This document shows positions 18,601 to 26,664 of a stretch of 35,634 bases of DNA, one piece after another. The stretch spans positions 1 through 35,634 of the IMG/VR virus record IMGVR_UViG_3300032292_000997, one strand, 5' to 3'. The DNA is from a virus (lineage: Duplodnaviria > Caudoviricetes). Under the pieces are notes generated by a model, which made no database searches, was not told where the DNA came from, and saw nothing but the letters and a program-made list of their open reading frames with translations. Position numbers and translations under genes: made by a program. Within the stretch, counting starts at the first letter, position 1; the number at the start of each line of letters is the position of its first letter.

Positions 18601-21600
18601 AGAATCTTCAGCTTTAGTTTTAGCCGCAATATTTGCATATTCAAATTTTTTGATTTCTGGCAAATTACTCATCATATAAGACGATATTTGCTCATTTAAT
18701 GAAGAAGTGAAGTCAGAAATTATAGATTGTATTCTTTGTGCGCTAGATTGTTTTTCAAAACTCATTGCCGCTTCAAATGCGGCTTGCTCAAGAGAATCTT
18801 GAATTTTTTGAAAAATTGAAGCGACGCTTTCTGTAGCTTTATTTCTATAGTTTTGAATATATTTGGATAAATCTAATCTCTGAGCATCTTTATCTAAAAT
18901 ATCAAGAACCTCAATCGGTTTATCTAATAATGACTCATAATAAGTCTGTACAGCAGAAGCTCTATCTTTTTCATCTTGCGGAACCATTTTTTCTGCAAAA
19001 GCCATTAAAGATTTATTATATGCTTTTTCATATTCTCCAGAAGCGCTAGTTGGCCTCAAGCCTCTTTCATAACCAAGTCCTGATGTTCTAGCATTTTCTC
19101 TTGCAACATAACCTGCTTTCTGAGCTTCTTTTATAGCATCTCTAACTTGTTTAGAATAAGTTTTAGCGTCCTCTCCAAATCCTATAGCTAAAGCGCCAGC
19201 TCTTTCTTTTGATGTAAGACTTTTTGGTCCATACATTCCAGTTCTTCTAGCGCCTTCTTTAGCAACTTCAGTAGTGTATTGTTGCAATTTTTTAATCATT
19301 TCAGTGACATCACCACCAGCAGCAATAAAAGCATCTTGTAATTTAACGTCTTTAATTTGACTGAAATTATCTGATAGTTTTTTAGTAGCATTTTCGATTT
19401 CTGTAGAAGAAGCTCCTTTTGCAATCATATCTGTTAAGTTCTTTTGAGCATCAATATAAGATGAAGCGGATTGAATGCTTTCTTGAGCTTTTTGAGTTTG
19501 TTTTTCATTTAATTGCATCAACTCATCTGCTGATAATGTAGCAGCACTTAATGAACTATTAAATGCGACTAAACCACCAACAACAGCGCCAACAGCTCCA
19601 CCTAATCCCGGAAATATTAAATTACCAATTGATGCCCCAGTGCTAATAGATGTTAAACCAGTACTCAAAAACGATTTACCCATTCTTTCAGTTGCGCTTA
19701 AATCTGTTCTTTCTTTGTTTCCATATAAACCTTGTTCAAATTGAGCAGCTATCATTGGCACAGCAAACATTGCTGTATTTGTAAATTTATCGAGTCTTTC
19801 CTTAAATTTATCTGTATTTAACTTTTTACCAAAATCAACAACATTTGTTGATAAGTTTTGCATTGCTGTTTTTGCTTTACTAGTACTATTCGAAAGAACG
19901 GTTTTAGAATTTTTAGAAAAATCTTCAATATCCAATTTGAAATTTATAGCAAAAATTTTCAAAAACTGAAAAGCTTTATCAAAATCATTCTTTACAGCTT
20001 CATAAATGCTTTCTACTTTTGATTCTAAGTCATCAACATTAACATTAGTTTGTTGAGTTCGTGACTGATTTCTTGCTCTTTGTCTTTGATACTTTCTCAT
20101 ACCAGCAAAATTAGGTACAAATCCTTTGTTCATCAAACCAGCATCTTTTTGATTTTTTATAGAATCAGATAAAGCATTATTTAATCCACCATGATCAGAA
20201 ATAGCTGCTGCAAAATTAGGTTGAGAACTATTACGTATAAATGGAAAAGGTCCGCTTTTTGTATCTAATACGGCTTTATTGCCGCTCATATTAGACTCAA
20301 GATTCATCACCTTATTAATATAATCAGCAGCAAAATTTGGTATAAAACCTTTACTTAGACCATTTGGATAAATATCTTCTAAATGTACAGAACTTGTTTG
20401 CTTTTCATTAACACCCATTGTTTGAAAAGCAAATCGTAATTTATTTAAATCATTTGATGTATAACTCTGATATCCGCTAACTCTTTTCCCACCAACCATT
20501 TTTCCACGTTCTTTAATTAAAGTTTTAATTAATTCTTGAGGAACAAATGAACCAAATATAGGAATTCTATCAGCTATTTTTTCACCACCTTTATCTAATT
20601 TATCTAAAATAGGCAATAATAAACCTTTATGTGTAAAAGACAATTTAGGAGAATTTAAATCCGAATAAAATTTAGGAGCCAAGGCATCTTTTTCTAAATC
20701 GTAAGAAATCTTTTTATTTCCTAGATTTTTAAAAGCATTAAATGATTCATTTTTTGCAGCAAGAATTTCTTTTTTAACGTTTTCATCTAATGGTTTGCCA
20801 TTATACCTTAAACTTGCATTTACTAATTCGTTGTATTTTACATATAATTCATTCAATTTAAAAATTGAATTTATAAATTCTGTTTTCTTTAATGGATCTA
20901 TATTATTTTTTGATAAACTAGCCGCTTGTTTTTTTCTAATAAATGGTAACAAAGTTTTTAAATTAACAATCAGATTTGGTATTCTAGGGCCAACAACTTC
21001 ACCGGCATTGATTTTTTTCACTTGGCCGGATTCGAATAATGATTTTAATTCATACAAAGGATTACCAAATTCACTGCTCATAAATCCAACATTTAAAACG
21101 CCTGATGAATCTATGCCTAATTGCGATCCCGTTTTTCTAGCAATCGCATCACCTAATTCGCTTTCCTCATCATCATAAAAATTAGGTATAAAACCTCTAC
21201 TTGCTTGTAGAATTTGTTCTGTCCCCCTTTTTACTTCTTTATCAGCATTATAGAATAAATATTCAGGTCTACCTCCAATGCTACGTACAATATTATCTAT
21301 ATTTTCTAAAGGCTTTTCACTATGCCACATTTCAATTAATTCGTTTTTAGCTTGTGTAAATTTTGTTCTTAATGTGGCATCAGGCGTAGTATCACCAGAC
21401 TTCATTTCAATAACAGGACCAGTCAAATTATCTTCTAATGCATCAATTCTGGTATTACCTGGAGCCCCATGAAATCTTTTACCACCTTTTTCATAATTTG
21501 AAGCAAAAACAATATTATTTGTGGCAAACATTTGTTTCGCTTTTTCAAGCGCCAAACGTTCGAAATTTTTTGCGAATGGATTTAATTGAGAAGTTGTTGT

Positions 21601-24369
21601 ATTACTAGGTAATTTTCCAATACCAGAAATACCAATTCTTTTAAATCCTGAACTCAATACTCTTTGTAATACTCCTTCTTTTCTTTCTTGTTTAACTTCG
21701 TCAGAAGGTCTCCAACCAGCTGCTCTAGCTTGAGCTTCAGTAAAAGGCGCGTCTGCTTGTTTTAATAAACCTGATTTAATTCTACTAATAACAGAAGAAA
21801 CTCTTGAATTCCTTAATTTTTTATTTTCTCCAAAACCTTGATAATAGTCACTAGGCAATTCTGCTGTTGCAAAATTTGGAATATATCCAGAAGAATATGC
21901 TTCTCTAGAACCAAAATAAGTAAGAGAATCAAATAAATCTTTATTTTTTAAAACGGTTTTTCCTGGTTCTTGTTTAGATTTATAAATAGATTTTTTATCT
22001 TGAGCTTTTTTGAAAGAATTAAAAAAGACTTCTTTTTGATATTCATATTGTCTAGCTTTAGGATGGAAAGGAAATTCAGATCCATCTCTAAAAACAGTAT
22101 AATCACCCCAAATTCCTTCTCTACTTTTTTTAGCTTTCTCTGTCAAAGTTAATAAACTTGTATCTCTAGTATATCTGAAATCAGGGACAGCTAAACCTTG
22201 TTGAACTAAAGTTCTTGAAATATCAGGATCATTAAAAATAGATCTAAAGTAAGCAGATTTCCCCTTAACAATATTATTATTTAAAATATTTACTCCTGCC
22301 GGATTTAAATATTTATTTGCTAATAAATTTTTAGCTTCATTATAAAATTTTTGATTATTTTCAGGCGCATCTACGCTAGCTAAACGATAATCAATTGAAT
22401 TTGGATTAATAGGTAGAGCCGCAATAGTATCTCCATCTTTAACTTCTTTAATGGATGATAATATTTTTTCTGCAAAATTAGGAATAAATCCATTATTCAT
22501 ATATGGATCAACACCTGTTCTACTTATTGAGTTACGCCTATGACTTCTTCCAGCTTGAGAATTAGCAGGTGGATTTATGAATGGTTGAGCAAAACCGGGC
22601 ATATATTTGACCTGTTCAGCAGTATTCATTACTCCACCAACAGGAGATTGAACAACTTTACCCGGTACATAACCACCAGCAATTGCGCCGATGGTTTCTT
22701 GAAGTTTTGCTTCTTTAGGGATATATCCCCCGCTTCTTGTAACTCTTAGACCTCCTGAACCTTTAACAGTTACTCCTTGTGCAGACAATGCTGGAGCTAA
22801 AGCAGCAACTAATGCTTGTTGTCTTTGATATTCTGCTGTTTGTTGTCTCGCTAGCTGCAATAATAACTGAGCTTGCGCAGCTTGATTACCCATTTGACCC
22901 GCTAACGCTTGTGAAATAGGGCCTTGTTGCTGCATGATTTGCAATATAGCTTGTTCAATATTTTTTCTATTTTGTGTTTCTGTTGTAATACCAACAATCT
23001 GAGGTAACGCTTGAGAAAGATATGTAAAAGAATTTTGTATTAATTTAAACAATACGAAAAATGCACCAATTGCTCCGGGACCAGCTAATACATTTCGAAT
23101 ACCCTTTAATAAACCATTTGCAAAAGTAGAGCCTACACCTTCACCCTCAAGAATCTCATTTAAATTCTCAAACAATGATTTAAAAGATTCTGCTGTATAT
23201 TTAGCCAAAGGTTCAAATGTTACTTTACCCACATTATTGGCGAACTGTTGAGCAACTGTGCTAGTTTGGCTTAATAAAGCATCTAATGTTTGATTTAATT
23301 TAGCGGCAGCGACTTGAGCTTCATTTGTTGCCATTGCGCCTTTTTGTAAAGCTCCAGCATAAGCGCCTTGTTTATTGTTTAAATCGCTAATAATTGCTTT
23401 TAATATGTTTACTTGATAAACACCTGCAACTTGTTCAGATAATTGCGCTCTTTGTGAATCAGCTAAACTATTGTAAGCGCCTGCAAAATTTTGTAATATT
23501 TGTACGGCGGGTAAAATATTACCTTGAATATCACGAACTCCGATATTAAAAGCTTCTAACTGATCAAGCGTTTCAGTACGTTGTAATCTTGTAAAAATTG
23601 TTTTTAATGCGTTACCGATAACAGCACCACCACGTGCAGTTTTTTCCTGCGCCGCTGTAACAAGCGCGTTTAATTGATCGATATTAACACCAGCTTCTTG
23701 AGCTGCTAGACCTGTTCTAGAAAGAGCTTCAGCTAAATCACCGGCACTTACTGCATAGCTTTGTTCAACCGCAACTAATTTATTTAAAACTTGTGTCGTC
23801 GTTATTCCTGTCGCTTGGAAACCATTTACTGTAGCCGTTAATGCTTCGATAGCATTATTTACATTCATGCCTGCCAATCTGGCAAGAGTCATTGCATCTG
23901 CTGTTCTTTGTAAAACCTCTTCAGCTTTAACGCCTTGACGTGAAAATTCTAGAGCAGCTTTAGATGCATCACCAAATGAACTAGCTGTTTGTTTGCTAAC
24001 ATTAAACAAATCTGTGCTAAATTTTTGTAATTCTTTAGTAGTTAATCCGAAAACACGATTAATATCAGCTAAATTCTTTTCTACTTCAACTGTAACTTCA
24101 GCAATGCTTCTAAAACCACGTAAAACACCACCTAATATAGCAGTTGACGCACCGAACGCGATAACACGCGCATTGGAAGCAGCTAATGCAGCCTCGAAAT
24201 CCTTAACATCACCTGTAATTCTACCAAGAGGTTGAGAAAAAGCTCTTGCATTTACTTGTAGATTGACCTGATTTTGATTTGCAAATCGTTGATTGTAAGC
24301 TTGTACGCCAGCTTGAATTGATTGAACTAAGGCGGCTTGATTTGCTGCTACATTGATTTGGACTGCCAT
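15694..24369 (-). CDS. Tail tape measure protein (2891 aa) with internal cargo domains
   Basis: TP901-type TMP N-terminal region (ALEFSRQG, DLAEALSRTG, TARGGAVIGNALKTIFTRL, AGVYQVN), long Ala/Gln/Glu/Lys helical stretches, hydrophobic Gly-zipper segments, C-terminal GG...DRNLALLEDGEYVLNREAV motif; upstream of tip genes. Confidence 0.95.
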   Translation of the reverse strand: MAVQINVAANQAALVQSIQAGVQAYNQRFANQNQVNLQVNARAFSQPLGRITGDVKDFEAALAASNARVIAFGASTAILGGVLRGFRSIAEVTVEVEKNLADINRVFGLTTKELQKFSTDLFNVSKQTASSFGDASKAALEFSRQGVKAEEVLQRTADAMTLARLAGMNVNNAIEALTATVNGFQATGITTTQVLNKLVAVEQSYAVSAGDLAEALSRTGLAAQEAGVNIDQLNALVTAAQEKTARGGAVIGNALKTIFTRLQRTETLDQLEAFNIGVRDIQGNILPAVQILQNFAGAYNSLADSQRAQLSEQVAGVYQVNILKAIISDLNNKQGAYAGALQKGAMATNEAQVAAAKLNQTLDALLSQTSTVAQQFANNVGKVTFEPLAKYTAESFKSLFENLNEILEGEGVGSTFANGLLKGIRNVLAGPGAIGAFFVLFKLIQNSFTYLSQALPQIVGITTETQNRKNIEQAILQIMQQQGPISQALAGQMGNQAAQAQLLLQLARQQTAEYQRQQALVAALAPALSAQGVTVKGSGGLRVTRSGGYIPKEAKLQETIGAIAGGYVPGKVVQSPVGGVMNTAEQVKYMPGFAQPFINPPANSQAGRSHRRNSISRTGVDPYMNNGFIPNFAEKILSSIKEVKDGDTIAALPINPNSIDYRLASVDAPENNQKFYNEAKNLLANKYLNPAGVNILNNNIVKGKSAYFRSIFNDPDISRTLVQQGLAVPDFRYTRDTSLLTLTEKAKKSREGIWGDYTVFRDGSEFPFHPKARQYEYQKEVFFNSFKKAQDKKSIYKSKQEPGKTVLKNKDLFDSLTYFGSREAYSSGYIPNFATAELPSDYYQGFGENKKLRNSRVSSVISRIKSGLLKQADAPFTEAQARAAGWRPSDEVKQERKEGVLQRVLSSGFKRIGISGIGKLPSNTTTSQLNPFAKNFERLALEKAKQMFATNNIVFASNYEKGGKRFHGAPGNTRIDALEDNLTGPVIEMKSGDTTPDATLRTKFTQAKNELIEMWHSEKPLENIDNIVRSIGGRPEYLFYNADKEVKRGTEQILQASRGFIPNFYDDEESELGDAIARKTGSQLGIDSSGVLNVGFMSSEFGNPLYELKSLFESGQVKKINAGEVVGPRIPNLIVNLKTLLPFIRKKQAASLSKNNIDPLKKTEFINSIFKLNELYVKYNELVNASLRYNGKPLDENVKKEILAAKNESFNAFKNLGNKKISYDLEKDALAPKFYSDLNSPKLSFTHKGLLLPILDKLDKGGEKIADRIPIFGSFVPQELIKTLIKERGKMVGGKRVSGYQSYTSNDLNKLRFAFQTMGVNEKQTSSVHLEDIYPNGLSKGFIPNFAADYINKVMNLESNMSGNKAVLDTKSGPFPFIRNSSQPNFAAAISDHGGLNNALSDSIKNQKDAGLMNKGFVPNFAGMRKYQRQRARNQSRTQQTNVNVDDLESKVESIYEAVKNDFDKAFQFLKIFAINFKLDIEDFSKNSKTVLSNSTSKAKTAMQNLSTNVVDFGKKLNTDKFKERLDKFTNTAMFAVPMIAAQFEQGLYGNKERTDLSATERMGKSFLSTGLTSISTGASIGNLIFPGLGGAVGAVVGGLVAFNSSLSAATLSADELMQLNEKQTQKAQESIQSASSYIDAQKNLTDMIAKGASSTEIENATKKLSDNFSQIKDVKLQDAFIAAGGDVTEMIKKLQQYTTEVAKEGARRTGMYGPKSLTSKERAGALAIGFGEDAKTYSKQVRDAIKEAQKAGYVARENARTSGLGYERGLRPTSASGEYEKAYNKSLMAFAEKMVPQDEKDRASAVQTYYESLLDKPIEVLDILDKDAQRLDLSKYIQNYRNKATESVASIFQKIQDSLEQAAFEAAMSFEKQSSAQRIQSIISDFTSSLNEQISSYMMSNLPEIKKFEYANIAAKTKAEDSLTKLNDDYASFQIQQNKERSDFLQKNTKELTKVFKDSMLTSQENAALFRDKVLKELQSGKYESINVKNISDQIKDQRVKEFQGLLSENKLGLKIENLNLQEAKDVAAFQQSARTAMETQVAAAPEGQRQAIVDQFTQITDALSNALRASEFAKSKFEQDEIKRTLAQAQREKTKLDLDQQNAEKELQIKQDLNRLKIAAELQYSVESNRIQKENFTRIKEAEITAKNLGFAIDIAKANSESYIAALRRGLEDPRQEYGMGVRESLERRIGIENKVLEEQRRMEDQNLATEMAQAQLQLAAEIQNTNALEKLTQVMNEWISSKLVEELGGESNVNLIKSQYAGNFSPEAIDNNFGAGTYRKYQAYLQAQNQSKLGSAGALGANAPVLDFTQLSELAKGNPVLKSQVELLKKQYETREKILGIQRQTVDEDIRIKQENERLNTTIMGRLEKGFGNMAKQSDQIILDLAEKAPSAFADGMTNALMEVAKGTKSIGDAFSDMAINFGQMLMQEVMRAAMYRAIGSIGSGLFQNGGIVGKQRGGIIRAENGAYIPGNRTGDRNLALLEDGEYVLNREAVSAIGVNNLHSLNYGMAPRFQSGGGFGLSAEQTLVGDELKYSGMLMESGQANKPINIEDYTSYAYAEDTYFKDMREKAIQAEQERIQKVYQDKVKNLQLMTSIMGAVGSISLSVGMAGVAAASAAGESAKGAQAGAAGASTAISSGAEVGKQTITAATPEVQKGLDQAMKGSNYALGRFLSKNSNEILVNGQSLKGLAVGRDIAKYGYMVDPNKFGKVTGLSGYANIQSIFGQTRNQNMFGNLFPNVLSSGRDVISSNMPRRQTGGLVGYQSGGFIPYGSRISDNVPRYMSGGINLMNNNMNKKYMMMPSVGMQSGGSTSGVSNTTNNSTNSTNIAINIDKSGTTVIGESGNNYSNNDYQFSKQLATVVSKIADARISDAKRSGGALGRGSSYSS
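21196..21867 (-). other. Probable PD-(D/E)xK nuclease-fold domain embedded in the TMP
   Basis: Helix NFERLA, then TRIDA...PVIEMKSG (E...D...ExK) at about 21394-21450. Confidence 0.55.
21889..22470 (-). other. Staphylococcal nuclease (thermonuclease)-like domain embedded in the TMP
   Basis: EVKDGDTI...YRLASVDAPE...FYNEAKNLL...AYFRS...LVQQGLA...AKKSREGIW follows the SNase motif order DGDT / RL..vD.PE / YGR / LV..GLA / A+...giW. Confidence 0.85.
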
Positions 24370-24378
24370 ATTTATTAT

Positions 24379-24384
24379 TTACAC
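24379..24384 (-). promoter_or_regulatory. GTGTAA upstream motif (putative late promoter) of the TMP gene
   Basis: GTGTAA-ataataaat-ATG, 9-nt spacer. Confidence 0.6.
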
Positions 24385-24395
24385 AATAAAAATCA

Positions 24396-25394
24396 TCAAT
24401 TTCCAAATATTTTAAGCATGTCATCCATTGAAAGACTGCCACCTTTCTTTTTAGCTTCATCTGCTAATGATAAAGTCTTCTGTCCGGGTTTGGTAATATT
24501 AAGATATTCTAGATCTTCTTTTGTAGCTCCGACAATAGATTCAGCTCTATTTTCAGCATTTGCATTTTTATCTCTTAATTTCTTAACATTTTCATTTGCA
24601 TTTATATAATCCATTATCTTATCAGGATCAGAACGAATTTCTTGCGGCATATTTTCATTCTGCTGAAATATATTTCTAAAAAACCGAGCATAAATAAGCA
24701 ATTTTAATTGATTATATGTTAAATCACAAACAGGCTTATTAAAAAACTCAATAGGATTTTCACAAAATGGCATATACAAATTAAAAAAATCTTGCAAAAT
24801 AATTTTTTGTATACTGTTATCGTTTATTTCTTTATAAACTTCATTATATTGTTTTATAATTGCAAATAAACTTTCGGCGTCAATATCGTCATATTCTTCT
24901 TTCTCATAAACTAAATGTTTTAATCCTCTATCTTTATACAAACATTTAATAATATAATAATCATTAACTTTATCTTCAGCATAAGATTCTGCTGTTCTAT
25001 TAAATAAAGAAGCGCGAGTATTTTTTAAATCGTTTAATATATTAGAATTATCTTCAATTTCCTTATTAAGTCTTTCTATTTCTGATTTAAGATAAGTGTT
25101 TTTCTTTTGTTTAAGAAAGTTTTCAATCATTTGCTCATATTGCAGTATTTTATTTTCTTGGCTTTGAGTCCACTGTTTTTCTTCTATTAATTGTTTGAGA
25201 ACTTCTTTATGTGAAGGGACGCCTTTTGATTTAGCTTCTGCTAAATATTCATTATAAATAAGCTCAATACCAACTTGATCATCAAAAGACAAATGTTTGA
25301 GATAAAAAAAATTCTCTAAGATTTTAACCTCAGAGAATCCGTTTTTAATATCTCTAAATATTTTTTTATAGTTATTCTGTTGGAATTTTTCCAT
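24396..25394 (-). CDS. Hypothetical protein, probable tail assembly chaperone
   Basis: Charged helical protein immediately upstream of the TMP. ATG 25394 (MEKFQQ) preferred to the track's 25403. Function from position only. Confidence 0.55.
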   Translation of the reverse strand: MEKFQQNNYKKIFRDIKNGFSEVKILENFFYLKHLSFDDQVGIELIYNEYLAEAKSKGVPSHKEVLKQLIEEKQWTQSQENKILQYEQMIENFLKQKKNTYLKSEIERLNKEIEDNSNILNDLKNTRASLFNRTAESYAEDKVNDYYIIKCLYKDRGLKHLVYEKEEYDDIDAESLFAIIKQYNEVYKEINDNSIQKIILQDFFNLYMPFCENPIEFFNKPVCDLTYNQLKLLIYARFFRNIFQQNENMPQEIRSDPDKIMDYINANENVKKLRDKNANAENRAESIVGATKEDLEYLNITKPGQKTLSLADEAKKKGGSLSMDDMLKIFGN

Positions 25395-26151
25395 CGATTT
25401 CACCGATTATTCTATCAAACTCTTCTTTATCAACATTGCTTGTGAAAAACCAATAACTAATAATACTCGCTAGCTTACTATAACACTTTGCATAAATTTC
25501 ATTTTCATTTTCTTCGTATTCATGCATTGAACCTTCCTTAGCTTCAAAAGACTTACCAGCAAATAATGGTTCGAATTCTGCATTCTTCTTTGATGTGTCC
25601 TTAAAAAATGAAAGATTTAAAACATACCAAAGAATTGCGCGATTCTGAGCTTTAATATCAGCAGTATGATTAAATAAAGTAATATAACTTGTTTCCTTTT
25701 CAATTAAAGTCTTACGCTTTTGAAGAATTTGAGATGTAATATCTTCAATCTTCTTCTTTTCATCTTCATCTCGTTCTGATTCTGGTTTCAAATTAAGAAT
25801 AGTAAGCTTTGCTTGCAATTCTCGTATTTCATCAGCCGAATTAATCATGATTTTAGCATCAGCTTCACTAATTAAACCTCCTGTATCATTATACTTATTC
25901 AATAACATTGCTTTAGTCAAAATACCATTGCGAATACACTTGCTCATTTCAATACTGAATTCCATATCAGCTTCTTGAATTTGTTTGCGAGATGGTTGAT
26001 TGATAAGAATTTCGACAGGTACTTCTTTCTTTGTTTTTTCCTTATAAGTTCTTGTTACTGATTCGCCCTGCTCATTTGTTGTCGTTTCGGACTTCTCTTC
26101 TTCGATTTCAGCGATTTTATTGATAGTAAACTGATATAAAACTTTGGCCAT
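25372..26151 (-). CDS. Hypothetical coiled-coil protein, probable tail assembly chaperone
   Basis: E/K-rich helical ORF, first gene of the leftward unit, overlapping the next gene. Function from position only. Confidence 0.55.
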   Translation of the reverse strand: MAKVLYQFTINKIAEIEEEKSETTTNEQGESVTRTYKEKTKKEVPVEILINQPSRKQIQEADMEFSIEMSKCIRNGILTKAMLLNKYNDTGGLISEADAKIMINSADEIRELQAKLTILNLKPESERDEDEKKKIEDITSQILQKRKTLIEKETSYITLFNHTADIKAQNRAILWYVLNLSFFKDTSKKNAEFEPLFAGKSFEAKEGSMHEYEENENEIYAKCYSKLASIISYWFFTSNVDKEEFDRIIGEIDGKIPTE

Positions 26152-26193
26152 AGTTTAAATTATGATAATATATATTCTATAGTTTTTCAACCA

Positions 26194-26199
26194 GTGTAA
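26194..26199 (+). promoter_or_regulatory. GTGTAA upstream motif of the neck/tube unit
   Basis: GTGTAA-ttataaat-ATG, 8-nt spacer. Confidence 0.6.
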
Positions 26200-26207
26200 T
26201 TATAAAT

Positions 26208-26663
26208 ATGGCAACAAGTTTATTAACAGCGGCTGAAAAATCAGCATTAAACGCCGTTATTGCAGATGTTCACGAAACATTTGCTCGCGAAATTACTGTT
26301 TATAAAGATGCTTCAAAAGTCGTTATTATTACAGATCCAAATTTCAACCCACTTTATAATACAGCTGGTCAAACTACTTCTGTTATAAATACACCAGTTT
26401 ATAGAACATTTAAAGCAAGAATTTTATACGAAGATGATTTCAAAAAACAATATTGGAGCGAAGGTCAATTAAATACACAAATCAAACTTGAAGCAGTTGT
26501 TGGTTCTGTAAGATTAAAAATTACTGCTGAAGATTATGAATATATAAAAGATGCTAGAAGAGTTGATTTAGACGGTAAACGATTTGTATTGAATTCATCT
26601 TTCAGAGGTCATGGCTTATTTGATAGCCAATATTATACATTATATTTGAAACCTGATCCATGA
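26208..26663 (+). CDS. Putative head-tail joining / head closure protein
   Basis: 151 aa, beta-rich C-terminus (VDLDGKRFVL...YYTLYL), first of three genes before the tail tube. Function inferred from size and synteny. Confidence 0.5.
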   Translation: MATSLLTAAEKSALNAVIADVHETFAREITVYKDASKVVIITDPNFNPLYNTAGQTTSVINTPVYRTFKARILYEDDFKKQYWSEGQLNTQIKLEAVVGSVRLKITAEDYEYIKDARRVDLDGKRFVLNSSFRGHGLFDSQYYTLYLKPDP

Positions 26664-26664
26664 T

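Larger units (their letters stand above)
20104..22491 (-). repeat. Dispersed peptide repeat G(F/Y)(I/V)PNF(A/Y) within the TMP, five full copies and one partial
   Basis: GFIPNFA 22471-22491 (aa 627), GYIPNFA 21868-21888 (aa 828), GFIPNFY 21175-21195 (aa 1059), GFIPNFA 20329-20349 (aa 1341), partial QPNFA 20209-20223, GFVPNFA 20104-20124 (aa 1416). Confidence 0.95.

Noticed and set aside
10550-24609. Short track ORFs inside the tail operon (10550, 11976, 14152, 17243, 20795, 21278, 21970, 22540, 23993, 24221, 24337)
   Set aside because: Antisense or out-of-frame overlaps of well-supported genes, mostly non-ATG starts, no motifs. Those opposite the TMP cassettes were considered as immunity genes, but nothing supports this.
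25372-25403. Lambda G/GT-type programmed -1 frameshift between the two genes upstream of the TMP
   Set aside because: The downstream ORF is in the +1 (or -2) frame (GAT GGA AAA versus ATG GAA AAA) and has its own ATG. GGAAAAA is present but a -1 slip would not join them; a -2/+1 event cannot be excluded.
26201-26208. T4-type late promoter TATAAATA
   Set aside because: Single upstream occurrence overlapping the start codon in very AT-rich DNA; not seen before the other genes.
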